The position numbers and the translations under genes were made by a program. A stretch of DNA of 64,000 bases from Candidatus Nomurabacteria bacterium (GTDB taxonomy: Bacteria > Patescibacteriota > Minisyncoccia > Phycocordibacterales > UBA9973). Positions 9,191 through 17,724 of the stretch are shown piece by piece. The notes beneath the pieces are model-generated. The model was not told the origin of the DNA and searched no databases. It worked only from the letters and a program-made list of their open reading frames with translations. The stretch lies in assembly GCA_025361085.1 (NCBI GenBank), contig JANYAX010000012.1:255-64254 (forward strand). The letters run 5' to 3'. The stretch's first letter is position 1; each line of letters starts with the position of its first letter.

Positions 9191-9264
9191 TCCGTCCTCT
9201 AGGACTCGAACCTAGGACCCTCGAGGTATAAGCTCGATGCTCTAACCAACTGAGCTAAGGACGG
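9191..9264 (-). tRNA. tRNA with anticodon UAU (reads AUA; tRNA-Ile2-like), discriminator A73
   Basis: Minus-strand cloverleaf: acceptor CCGTCCT/AGGACGG, D-arm GCTC-AGTTGGTT-AGAGC, anticodon stem TCGAG/CTCGA with loop CTTATAC, T-arm CTAGG-TTCGAGT-CCTAG. CCA is not encoded. Confidence 0.7.
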
Positions 9265-9271
9265 AAATTGG

Positions 9272-9505
9272 TTAATTACAAAACCATTCTTTTTCACTTA
9301 TTCCTGACTGAAGAATGACTCCCTTTAAGGTTCTAGGCTTAATTGATTGTTTACCATGAAAAGGAACACAAACATTTCTTAATATTCCTTCATGATACCC
9401 AACATAATAAAAATGACTGGCATTCGTATAATTAAGTTTAAACCCTTTTTCTTTTAGGAAAGATTCTACATCTTTAAATGTCCAATTAAAAAATCTTTTT
9501 GGCAT
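9272..9505 (-). CDS. hicA: HicA-family mRNA interferase toxin (YcfA-like)
   Basis: 77 aa. SH..Y … VPFHGKQSIKPRTLKGVILQSGI matches the HicA dsRBD-like fold motifs. Overlaps the upstream partner by ATGA. Confidence 0.6.
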   Translation of the reverse strand: MPKRFFNWTFKDVESFLKEKGFKLNYTNASHFYYVGYHEGILRNVCVPFHGKQSIKPRTLKGVILQSGISEKEWFCN

Positions 9506-9807
9506 TATACTCTTGAAACTCCATACATGTTAACTAAATATGGAGATTTAACAGGCGTGGGAGAATGAAGAATTTCCCAAAGTTTTTCATATTCATTATC
9601 CACTTTTTGATTCAATGATTGGTATCGCGAGCCCTTTATTTTTTTTGCAGATTCAATGTATCCGCTCACAGCTTGAAGAAGATTAAAAAATGCAAGCTTG
9701 GGATCATCACTAGATTCAACAATATTAAACTCAAGTGCCACAGCATACCATGTATCCTCATCCTTGAAAACTATATGCCTAAATGTACCTTTTGTCAGTG
9801 TATTCAT
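9505..9807 (-). CDS. hicB: HicB-like antitoxin (UPF0150/RNase H-like fold)
   Basis: About 100 aa. FRHIVFKDEDTWYAVALEFNIVESSDDP … resembles the HicB N-terminal domain. The ORF could start at 9828 (first in-frame ATG) or 9807. Confidence 0.5.
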   Translation of the reverse strand: MNTLTKGTFRHIVFKDEDTWYAVALEFNIVESSDDPKLAFFNLLQAVSGYIESAKKIKGSRYQSLNQKVDNEYEKLWEILHSPTPVKSPYLVNMYGVSRV

Positions 9808-9879
9808 ACTAACAATATAGCATAACAATGTAAAAAATTAAAGTCGTTAGAAAAACCAGAAAATTATGATAATAATCAT

Positions 9880-9912
9880 CCCCCAGATAGTGGCCTTGCC
9901 ACTATCTGGGGG
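9880..9912. repeat. Palindromic element copy 1 (CCCCCAGATAGTGGC-ctt-GCCACTATCTGGGGG); probable ftsH terminator
   Basis: Perfect 15-bp stem. The same element in inverted orientation is at 43396-43427. Confidence 0.7.
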
Positions 9913-9917
9913 AGTTT

Positions 9918-9985
9918 CGTATGTGTTATGTGTTATATGTTATATGTTATGCGTTATTCGTTATTCGTTATTCGTTATTTGTTTC
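9918..9985. repeat. Simple-sequence repeat tract (GTTAT hexamers followed by 3-4 x TTATTCG heptamers) spanning the ftsH stop codon
   Basis: Read directly: …tgttatgtgttatatgttatatgttatgcgttattcgttattcgttattcgttattt…. Confidence 0.6.
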
Positions 9986-11896
9986 TTCGCGTTTCTTTGG
10001 CATTATCCCGTTCGCAATTATTATCTCATTGAATTCTTTCTGTTCAAGTGTTTCTGCTTCGATAAGCTTCCCAGCGATAGCATCGAGGACTTTTCTCTTG
10101 TCGGAAAGTATTTCGCGAGCTATATTGAATGCACCGTTCATAATTTTTGAAACTTCTCCGTCGATAAGAGCGCTAACTCTCTCGGAATATTCTTTATCAT
10201 TTACACCTTGGCCAAACATTGTCCTTCCCCCATCACTTTCAAGCGCGATAGGCCCGATCTCATCACTCATCCCCCATCTGGTCACCATAGCGCGAGCAAG
10301 ATTTGTCGCTACTTGCAGATCATTCGACGGTCCAGTCGTAATATCACCGAAAATCATTTCCTCTGCGACATAACCACCGAGAGACATCGCAATATCATCA
10401 AGAAATTCTTTTTTACTTTGCATTCGGCGTTCTTCAAGTGGAAGATTGAGTGTGTAACCTCCAGCACGCCCACGAGACACGATAGAAACTTTGTGGACCG
10501 GGTCGGCATATTCGAGAATCGAAGCCAGAAGTGCATGGCCGGCTTCATGATAGGCAGTAATCTCTTTTTCTTTTTTAGAAAGCAAATGACTTTTTCTTTC
10601 TGGCCCCATCATAACTTTTTCAATAGAACGAACAAGGTCAAACTGTGCAACTTTCTTTCGATCTTCTCGAGCAGCGAGAATTGCCCCTTCGTTCATAAGA
10701 GAATACAAATCCGCACCAGAAAAACCCGGGGTACGCTCAGCAATAACTTTCAAATTTACATCTTCGGCAAATGGTTTCTTTTTCGAGTGTATTGTGAGGA
10801 TGTCCAAGCGGTCTTCTCTGTCTGGCAATTCAAGCACAACCCTCCTGTCGAAACGCCCTGGGCGAAGAAGCGCTGGATCGAGAACATCGGAACGATTAGT
10901 GGCCGCCATAACAATAACTTTTTCATTTGGTTCAAAACCATCCATCTCAACGAGTATTTGGTTTAATGTTTGTTCGCGTTCATCGTTCCCGCCGCCGACA
11001 CCAGTTCCACGTACACGCCCAACGGCGTCGATCTCATCGATAAAAACTATTGATGGAGCAGCTTTTTTGGCCATTTTGAATAAATCACGCACACGGCTTG
11101 CTCCGACTCCAACGAACATTTCAACGAATTCAGAACCTGACAAATGAAAGAATGGCACCGATGCTTCCCCAGCAACAGCACGCGCCAGCAAGGTCTTGCC
11201 TGTTCCTGGTGCACCCGTTAAGATAACTCCCTTAGGAATTCTGGCGCCAATATCCAAAAACTTTTTAGGATTTTTCAAAAAATCTACAATTTCTTTCAAT
11301 TCTTCTTTCGCTTCTTTAGCTCCAGCGACATCTTTAAATGTAACTTTATTATTTTTATCATTTGGATCGGTGATACGTGCTTTCGATTGACCAAAAGTAA
11401 AAGCTTGCATTCCTTGGCCTTTGACTTGTCGAGTTAGCATCCAAACAAAAAATACAATCAATAATACTGGTAACAAAAATGGCATAATATTTAACAACCA
11501 AAACCAAAACCCTGTTTGATTTTTTATTTCAATAGGAGTCGATGCGAGCTCGGCAGGAGTCACTCCGTAATTGAACAACGTTGTCGAAAGAGAACTCTCT
11601 ACTTCTTTTTTTGCTTTACCTAGTATGCCATCTTTGAAAGTTACATTCACATCGTTACCCTCTACATCAATCTTTTGTATTGTTCCGGCCGACACTCCTT
11701 TGGCAACATCAGAAATAGTGAGACTTTTAATATTTTCAGCTGGCTTTGATAGGTACGAATACGCAACAGTAATCGCCATGAAAATGAAAATCGCGATGAA
11801 AATCTGATTCACCAATTTTGGCGTTTTCTTCGGTATCATCCCCTTTGGTAATTGGGGCATATCTTTATTGTTTGGTTTATTATTATCTGTGTTCAT
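9968..11896 (-). CDS. ftsH: ATP-dependent zinc metalloprotease FtsH
   Basis: 642 aa. Two N-terminal TM segments, Walker [19 protein letters not shown], second region of homology, zinc motif HEAGHAL. Confidence 0.95.
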   Translation of the reverse strand: MNTDNNKPNNKDMPQLPKGMIPKKTPKLVNQIFIAIFIFMAITVAYSYLSKPAENIKSLTISDVAKGVSAGTIQKIDVEGNDVNVTFKDGILGKAKKEVESSLSTTLFNYGVTPAELASTPIEIKNQTGFWFWLLNIMPFLLPVLLIVFFVWMLTRQVKGQGMQAFTFGQSKARITDPNDKNNKVTFKDVAGAKEAKEELKEIVDFLKNPKKFLDIGARIPKGVILTGAPGTGKTLLARAVAGEASVPFFHLSGSEFVEMFVGVGASRVRDLFKMAKKAAPSIVFIDEIDAVGRVRGTGVGGGNDEREQTLNQILVEMDGFEPNEKVIVMAATNRSDVLDPALLRPGRFDRRVVLELPDREDRLDILTIHSKKKPFAEDVNLKVIAERTPGFSGADLYSLMNEGAILAAREDRKKVAQFDLVRSIEKVMMGPERKSHLLSKKEKEITAYHEAGHALLASILEYADPVHKVSIVSRGRAGGYTLNLPLEERRMQSKKEFLDDIAMSLGGYVAEEMIFGDITTGPSNDLQVATNLARAMVTRWGMSDEIGPIALESDGGRTMFGQGVNDKEYSERVSALIDGEVSKIMNGAFNIAREILSDKRKVLDAIAGKLIEAETLEQKEFNEIIIANGIMPKKREETNNE

Positions 11897-11930
11897 AGTC
11901 TCTGCATTATACCCTAAAAATCAAACCTCC

Positions 11931-11980
11931 CCAACCCCTCCTTATCAGGAGGGGCGACCTACCCTGATAAGAGGAGGATT
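11931..11980. promoter_or_regulatory. Long imperfect palindrome (CCCCTCCTTATCAGG … CCTGATAAGAGGAGG) in the divergent ftsH/smpB promoter region
   Basis: Inverted repeat arms of 15 nt separated by 13 nt, lying between two divergent start codons. Confidence 0.35.
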
Positions 11981-12030
11981 AAGGAAGGGGGTTAGATAAA
12001 ATTCAAAGTTTTGTGATAATATATAAATGC

Positions 12031-12474
12031 ATGACAGTATATATCGACAACAGAAAAGCGCACTTCACCTATACAATCGAGGACACATACGAAGCTGGGA
12101 TAAAACTCATGGGGCATGAAGTGAAAGCGATAAAAAATGGCCAAGGAAATATCAACTCGGCTTTTTGTATAGTGCGTGGAGGAGAAGCATATATAATAGG
12201 AATGCACATTCCGCCTTATCAACCTCACAATATTGATTTGGGTTACGACCCAGACAGAACTCGCCGTTTGTTACTATCAAAAAAAGAGATAAAAAAAATG
12301 GGAGAAAAAGATGACATCAAAGGGTTGACTCTTGTTCCGATTTCAGTGTATAGTAAGGGTCCTTATATCAAAGTCTCAATAGCTATCGCTCGAGGTAAAA
12401 AAGAATTCGACAAGCGAGAAACTATCAAGAAACGAGATTTGGATAGAGAGATAAGGAGAGAGTATAAGGGATAG
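12031..12474 (+). CDS. smpB: SsrA-binding protein SmpB
   Basis: MTVYIDNRKAHFTYTIEDTYEAGIKLMGHEVKAIK… matches SmpB. Immediately upstream of tmRNA. A GTG six codons upstream (12013) is an alternative start. Confidence 0.9.
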   Translation: MTVYIDNRKAHFTYTIEDTYEAGIKLMGHEVKAIKNGQGNINSAFCIVRGGEAYIIGMHIPPYQPHNIDLGYDPDRTRRLLLSKKEIKKMGEKDDIKGLTLVPISVYSKGPYIKVSIAIARGKKEFDKRETIKKRDLDREIRREYKG

Positions 12475-12537
12475 TTTTTTGAAAAATATAAATCTGCCCT
12501 TCGATAAACTCAGGGCAAAATTTATTTCATAAATTTT

Positions 12538-12927
12538 GGGGATGATCGGCTTCGACAAGTTGAATCATCTTATATATGCATGTAGAGTATGGAGGTATCT
12601 CTTAAAACTTCTTCCAAAAGACTAAGTGCAAACAAAGTCGCTTCGGTAAAGTCTCCATACTTCGGTATGAATAACTTTGCTTTCGCTTTCGCCTAATTTA
12701 GGCCAGAGCGATGTTCGCTTTCTAGACATCCGATATAGAAAGTGAGCATCATTTATCGGGTTACGAATTTATAACAGCTTGATATAAATTCCGACAATTT
12801 AAAGCTCGGTGTTTATTTTTTCTTGAATGTTCTCTAGAATAAACATTTAAACCCAATTGAACATTCTACACATGTAGATTTCTATAAAAGTTCATTTTGC
12901 ACGCGGGTTCGATTCCCGCCATCTCCA
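12538..12927 (+). ncRNA. ssrA: tmRNA (ssrA), one-piece
   Basis: 5' GGGGATGATCGGCTTCGACAAG. 3' tRNA-like T-arm GCGGGTTCGATTCCCGC plus acceptor CATCTCC-A. Internal tag ORF predicts (A)NKVASVKSPYFGMNNFAFAFA-stop. Directly follows smpB. Confidence 0.8.
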
Positions 12928-12940
12928 CACGTAGAAAAAA

Positions 12941-12968
12941 GAGCCCGTCGCAAGACGGCCTTTTTTCT
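12941..12968 (+). terminator. Rho-independent terminator of ssrA (GCCCGTCGCAAGACGGC + TTTTTTCTT)
   Basis: Hairpin plus U-run 14 nt after the tmRNA 3' end. Confidence 0.7.
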
Positions 12969-12969
12969 T

Positions 12970-13021
12970 GTGTGGAGATGAGCGAGCAAACTGCTTTGCT
13001 CGCGTGCGGGAATCGAAAGAC
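12970..13021 (-). repeat. Inverted partial copy of the tmRNA 3' end (TTCGATTCCCGC … CATCTCCACAC) containing an internal 22-nt hairpin
   Basis: GTGTGGAGATG at 12970-12980 is the perfect reverse complement of CATCTCCACAC at 12920-12930. GCGGGAATCGAA mirrors the T-arm. Confidence 0.6.
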
Positions 13022-13286
13022 TTTTCGTTCTCTGGTGTTAACCAGAGCGAAAAGTACCTGGCGATGTAATCGCCGATACATGTACTCATGATCCCGCCAT
13101 CGTTTGAGTAAAGACCGAAAGCGGTACTCCGCGGTTCCCGCGAACGGAAAAGGTGTACTAAACTTGTAAGGTTAGATAAGCGTACTCGCGGTCCCGCCAT
13201 ATGTGTGTGCACATTACCGAACACCCCATTGACAACACCTACATTGAGCGTAATATTAAGATAAACAATCACTAAAATTTACAACT

Positions 13287-13670
13287 ATGAGTAGTATATT
13301 TAATCGGGGAGCAAAATCCTCACAAATCGTTGTATTTGTTGACTCTCCATATTTGGATAAAGTCAAAGATTTTTTAAAGGAAAATTACGGTGGAAAGATC
13401 AAAGTGATTTCTGATCCTCAAAAGCCATGGGGTATGGCTATCGTGGATCCGTATACCATTATGAATTCGGGCTTAAAAATGGGCCCTATTCAAAAAGGCT
13501 TCTCGGAGGGGAAACCACTATTTTCCGCATCTCTTGGATCATCTGACCTTGGAAAAATCAAGATCCCAGAAAGAGCCAGCGAAGAACTAAATCGGCTTGA
13601 TCCTGAACACTTAGAGGAAGGATTGGCCACTGTTATTAACCTGCTCAATAAGATCAAAACAACCAATTGA
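13287..13670 (+). CDS. Hypothetical protein (127 aa)
   Basis: ORF with coding-like composition. No recognisable motifs. Followed by a strong terminator. Confidence 0.4.
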   Translation: MSSIFNRGAKSSQIVVFVDSPYLDKVKDFLKENYGGKIKVISDPQKPWGMAIVDPYTIMNSGLKMGPIQKGFSEGKPLFSASLGSSDLGKIKIPERASEELNRLDPEHLEEGLATVINLLNKIKTTN

Positions 13671-13680
13671 ACTGGTTCGA

Positions 13681-13728
13681 CCCACCAAAAGAAACCCACC
13701 ATTTTCTTTTGGTGGGTTTTCTTTTTAT
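13681..13728. terminator. Bidirectional rho-independent terminator (CCCACCAAAAGAAA … TTTTCTTTTGGTGGG)
   Basis: Perfect 14-15-bp stem flanked by A/T runs, between convergent genes. Confidence 0.7.
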
Positions 13729-13737
13729 AAATATTTT

Positions 13738-15108
13738 TTATTTCCCCGCTAGTTTACTTGCTAAACCCGTATAAGATAGCGGGGTTGTTTTTTTGAGTTC
13801 AGATTTTATTTTTGGAGAAACTTTCAACCCATCGATAAATTTTGCAAAATCATCCGTTGTTACCTCCTTCCCTCTTGTTAATTCTTTCAGAGCTTCATAA
13901 GGTATTGGGTAATTCTCACGACGAAGAACTGTCTGAATCGCTTCAGCAATAATTTCAGGGTGAGAAGATAATTCTTCTTTTATTTTATTTTCGTTTACAA
14001 AAATTTTACCTAAACCTTTCAACAGTGAAACATATGCAAGAAGTGAATGCCCAAATGCCGTCCCGAAAGAACGTTCTACTGTCGAGTCTGAAAGATCACG
14101 CTGAAGTCGTGAGACTGGAAGCTTGCGAGCAAAGAATTCAAACAAGGCATTAGCTATCCCCAAGTTTCCTTCACTGTTTTCAAAATCAATTGGGTTTATT
14201 TTGTGTGGCATTGTCGAAGACCCTACTTCGCCGTCTTTTGGTTTCTGCATTACCCAACCGTCAGAAATATATCTCCACATATCTTGATTAAAATCGATCA
14301 AGATATTATTTACTTGTTTTAATTTGTCAAAAACTTCTACATATGAATCATGGGGTTCGATCTGAGTAGTGAAATAATTAAGTTCAATAGATATTTCTCT
14401 TTTCACATTTAAATTCGCAACAAAATCTTTTGAAAATTTTAGCCAATCAACTTTGGGGTAAGCGACCATGTGAGCATTATAATTCCCGGAAGCGCCGTTT
14501 AGTTTTGCTAAAATTTTCTGTTTTTCTAAATGATTTATTACCCTACCGAGCCTTTGCGCAAAAACTTTCATCTCCTTCCCAAATGTTGTAGGCGTTGCTG
14601 GCTGGCCATGTGTGCGAGCAAGCATTGGTAAATCTTTGTACTTTTTTGCAAGATTATTAAGCTCGGTAATTATCTTGTTGATTTCAGGTATGATAACTTG
14701 CCCAAGTGAGTCAGAAAGAATAAGCGCATAAGAAATATTGTTGGTATCTTCTGAAGTAAGAGCGAAGTGTACCCATTCTATACTATCTTTAAGCGATGTC
14801 TTCTCAATTTTTTCTTTAATAAAATATTCTACCGCTTTCACATCATGATTGGTTGTGGTTTCAAAAGTTTTTATTTTCTCGTATGAACTTTCATCAAACT
14901 TTTCATACAAATCTGTAAGCATCTTAACTTCACCTTGAGAGAATTTTCTTAAACCCACTTTGCCAGATAGTGATAGAGCAATCAAATACTTTACTTCCAT
15001 CATTACCCTATACTTCATGAGAGCTTGTTCGCTAAAATACGAAGACAAAATCTTTGTCTTTTCATAATATCTGCCATCAAGTGGATTTATATTTGTTCCT
15101 CGCGTCAT
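13738..15108 (-). CDS. purB: Adenylosuccinate lyase PurB
   Basis: 456 aa. Fumarate-lyase family with PurB-specific N-terminus and C-terminal ADSL domain. Confidence 0.9.
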   Translation of the reverse strand: MTRGTNINPLDGRYYEKTKILSSYFSEQALMKYRVMMEVKYLIALSLSGKVGLRKFSQGEVKMLTDLYEKFDESSYEKIKTFETTTNHDVKAVEYFIKEKIEKTSLKDSIEWVHFALTSEDTNNISYALILSDSLGQVIIPEINKIITELNNLAKKYKDLPMLARTHGQPATPTTFGKEMKVFAQRLGRVINHLEKQKILAKLNGASGNYNAHMVAYPKVDWLKFSKDFVANLNVKREISIELNYFTTQIEPHDSYVEVFDKLKQVNNILIDFNQDMWRYISDGWVMQKPKDGEVGSSTMPHKINPIDFENSEGNLGIANALFEFFARKLPVSRLQRDLSDSTVERSFGTAFGHSLLAYVSLLKGLGKIFVNENKIKEELSSHPEIIAEAIQTVLRRENYPIPYEALKELTRGKEVTTDDFAKFIDGLKVSPKIKSELKKTTPLSYTGLASKLAGK

Positions 15109-16091
15109 ATATTCTTTAGATTATTATTAATTCTCTCCATTATTGGAGTATCGAAATCGTGTACAAATTTTTTACCAGTGATTTTCTCATATATTTCTAT
15201 GTAACGACGAGAAAGCTCGGCGATCATCTCGGGTGGAGCAATCGGCAAAACTTCATCTTTGTATGGATCACAATTATCTTTGAACCACATTCGCAAAAAT
15301 TCTTTATCAAAATATTCTGGTTCCTCACCTTTTGCGATTCTATCTTCATAAGTATCGGCCTTCCAGTAGCGAGAAGAATCGGGAGTGTGAATCTCATCGA
15401 TCAAAATTAATTCGCCATTATCATCAAGACCGAATTCGTATTTTGTATCTACAAGAATAAGCCCACGAGAAAGCGCAATTTCTTGTCCACGAGCGAAAAG
15501 AGCTTTAGCAGTCTTCTCAACTTTGTCGGCGATCTCTTGTGTGACCAACCCTTCAGCAACCATTTCGCTTGGCGTTATTGGCCGGTCGTGTTCTTCATGC
15601 TTCGTTGTCGGAGTGAATACTGGCTCTGGTAATTTTTGATTTTTCTTCATTCCATCTGGAAGAACAAAATTACCAAAATCACGCTGACCATCTTTGTAAT
15701 GCGTCCAAAGTGAAGTCGAAGTCACGCCAGAAATAAACCCGCGAACGATAGCTTCGATAGGAAGTGGCTGACACTTCTTGGCAACCAAAATATTTGGATC
15801 AGGAATACTAAGCACGTGGTTTTGAATTATGTCTTTCGTCTGCTCAAACCAATAAGCACTGATTTGGTTTAGCACTTCCCCTTTGAATGGCACGAGGGCG
15901 ATAATACGATCGAAAGAAGAGTGACGATCGGTTGAGACAAGCATGATCTTGTCTGGCATTGTGTATATATCACGAACCTTACCAACTTTTTTCTCACCAA
16001 AACCCACAAAATCAGTTTTCTCTAAAACATCCCCAATATGATTCTTTATTATTTCTATATTCATATGATTTAGCGAAATCATGTCGCGCAA
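15105..16091 (-). CDS. purC: SAICAR synthetase PurC (long, eukaryote/archaea-like form)
   Basis: 328 aa. SAICAR synthetase motifs (…GKVRDIY…, …LVDTKYEFG…). Overlaps purB by ATGA. Confidence 0.85.
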   Translation of the reverse strand: MRDMISLNHMNIEIIKNHIGDVLEKTDFVGFGEKKVGKVRDIYTMPDKIMLVSTDRHSSFDRIIALVPFKGEVLNQISAYWFEQTKDIIQNHVLSIPDPNILVAKKCQPLPIEAIVRGFISGVTSTSLWTHYKDGQRDFGNFVLPDGMKKNQKLPEPVFTPTTKHEEHDRPITPSEMVAEGLVTQEIADKVEKTAKALFARGQEIALSRGLILVDTKYEFGLDDNGELILIDEIHTPDSSRYWKADTYEDRIAKGEEPEYFDKEFLRMWFKDNCDPYKDEVLPIAPPEMIAELSRRYIEIYEKITGKKFVHDFDTPIMERINNNLKNI

Positions 16092-16113
16092 CCGTCCTCT
16101 TAGCGCGACATGA

Positions 16114-17154
16114 TTATTTTAAAATTACCTTCTTACTACCATTTATAATTTTACCAATTTCGTAAGCTTTAAATTTTGGATAATCAACCAGAATAGATTT
16201 TATTTTTTCTTTTTCTGATTTTGGAACAATAAGCATTAAACCAATGCCCATATTAAATGTTCTATACATATCGGTCTCAGAAATGTCTCCAAGCTTCTGC
16301 ATGTATGGAAAAATTGGAACCATTGGCCAAGTATCTTTTTTTATTTCAGCATCAAGTTGCTCTGGCAAAACACGAGGGATATTCTCGAGGAATCCTCCGC
16401 CGGTAATATGCGCAATCCCGTGTATTTGTATACCATTATCAAGCATTTTAAGAACTGGCATAGAATAATTCGTATGAACTTGAAGTAATGCTTCCCCGAC
16501 GGTCATCCCGAGCTCATCTATCTTTGTATCTACTTTATTTAGGGCTATTTCAAAGAATAATTTTCGAGCAAGAGAATACCCGTTCGTGTGCAAACCACTT
16601 GAAGGAAACCCGAGAATGATATCACCTTCAACAACTTTCTCTCCGGTCACAATTTTTTCTTTTTCTACAACACCAGTAATACACCCAGCAATATCGTGTT
16701 CACCATCTCTATACGTTCCTGGCATTTCTGCTGTCTCACCTCCTAAAAGTGAAACTCCATTTTCTCTGCAAGCTTTTGACATCCCCGAGACCATCGCCTC
16801 CATAACTAGAGGGTCCAATTTATCGTGCGCAACATAATCAAGAAAAGTGAGAGAACGAGCCCCCATCGCCAGTAAATCATCACAACAATGATTCACAATG
16901 TCTTCCCCGACTGAATCATATTTATTCATCATTTTAGCGACAGAAAGTTTGGTCCCAACTCCATCAATACTCTGAACTAGAACCGGATTTTTGTATGATT
17001 TTAAAACCTCTCCAATGTCGTACAAACCGCCAAAACTGCCAATACCTGTAAGTACGGCTTTGGTGTGAGTACTCGCGACATCTTTTTTAATTCGACGAAC
17101 AACCTCATTTCCCGCATCGATATTCACCCCCGCTTTTGTATATAAATCACTCAT
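16114..17154 (-). CDS. purM: AIR synthetase PurM
   Basis: 346 aa. PurM N- and C-domains (…VGTKLSVAKMMNKYDSVGEDIVNHCCDDL…). Confidence 0.9.
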   Translation of the reverse strand: MSDLYTKAGVNIDAGNEVVRRIKKDVASTHTKAVLTGIGSFGGLYDIGEVLKSYKNPVLVQSIDGVGTKLSVAKMMNKYDSVGEDIVNHCCDDLLAMGARSLTFLDYVAHDKLDPLVMEAMVSGMSKACRENGVSLLGGETAEMPGTYRDGEHDIAGCITGVVEKEKIVTGEKVVEGDIILGFPSSGLHTNGYSLARKLFFEIALNKVDTKIDELGMTVGEALLQVHTNYSMPVLKMLDNGIQIHGIAHITGGGFLENIPRVLPEQLDAEIKKDTWPMVPIFPYMQKLGDISETDMYRTFNMGIGLMLIVPKSEKEKIKSILVDYPKFKAYEIGKIINGSKKVILK

Positions 17155-17157
17155 AAA

Positions 17158-17679
17158 TTATTTTTCTGCCAAGTATTGTTTATAGCCAATTTTAGATAAT
17201 TTCTCCCCTTTTGCTTCGATATCAGCTGACATTTTTTTTCGGTAATCAATTAATTTATTTTCTAGATCTTTGTCATTTACTGCAAGAATTTGAACTGCAA
17301 GAATTCCAGCATTCTTTGCTCCGTCGATTCCGACAGTTGCAACTGGGATTCCAGGAGGCATCCCGACAGTTGAAAGTAATGAATCGAGGCCATCTAAACT
17401 TTTCGCTTTGACGGGGATCCCGATAACAGGGAGCGTCGTAAGCGACGCCACAACCCCTGCTAGGTGTGCTGCCCCACCCGCACCGGCGATAAATACTTTT
17501 ACTCCATTGGCGACGGAATCAGTAACATACTTGTGAACCAAAGACGGTGTTCTGTGAGCCGAAGCCACTGTTATATTGTAAGAGATACCAAATTCTTCTA
17601 ATAAAGAGGAAGCCCCTGAAATGACCCCAAGGTCAGAATCTGAGCCCATAATAATAGATACTTTTGCATCTGTTTTCAT
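17158..17679 (-). CDS. purE: PurE (N5-CAIR mutase or class II AIR carboxylase)
   Basis: 173 aa. [14 protein letters not shown] … ASAHRTP PurE signature. Confidence 0.9.
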   Translation of the reverse strand: MKTDAKVSIIMGSDSDLGVISGASSLLEEFGISYNITVASAHRTPSLVHKYVTDSVANGVKVFIAGAGGAAHLAGVVASLTTLPVIGIPVKAKSLDGLDSLLSTVGMPPGIPVATVGIDGAKNAGILAVQILAVNDKDLENKLIDYRKKMSADIEAKGEKLSKIGYKQYLAEK

Positions 17680-17724
17680 ACTATTACTTTATCACCTAGA
17701 CAGAAATAAGACAATCAATCAGGT

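Noticed and set aside
9866-11390. Plus-strand ORFs 9866-10150, 9921-10373, 10208-10966, 10794-11147 and 11196-11390 opposite ftsH
   Set aside because: They are antisense to a clearly identified, highly conserved ftsH and have biased low-complexity translations. They are shadow ORFs.
12866-13272. ORF-track entries 12866-13081(-), 12892-13272(-) and 12897-13091(+)
   Set aside because: They overlap the tmRNA 3' end, its terminator and the repeat-rich non-coding stretch. They have no coding-like composition or motifs and are considered spurious.
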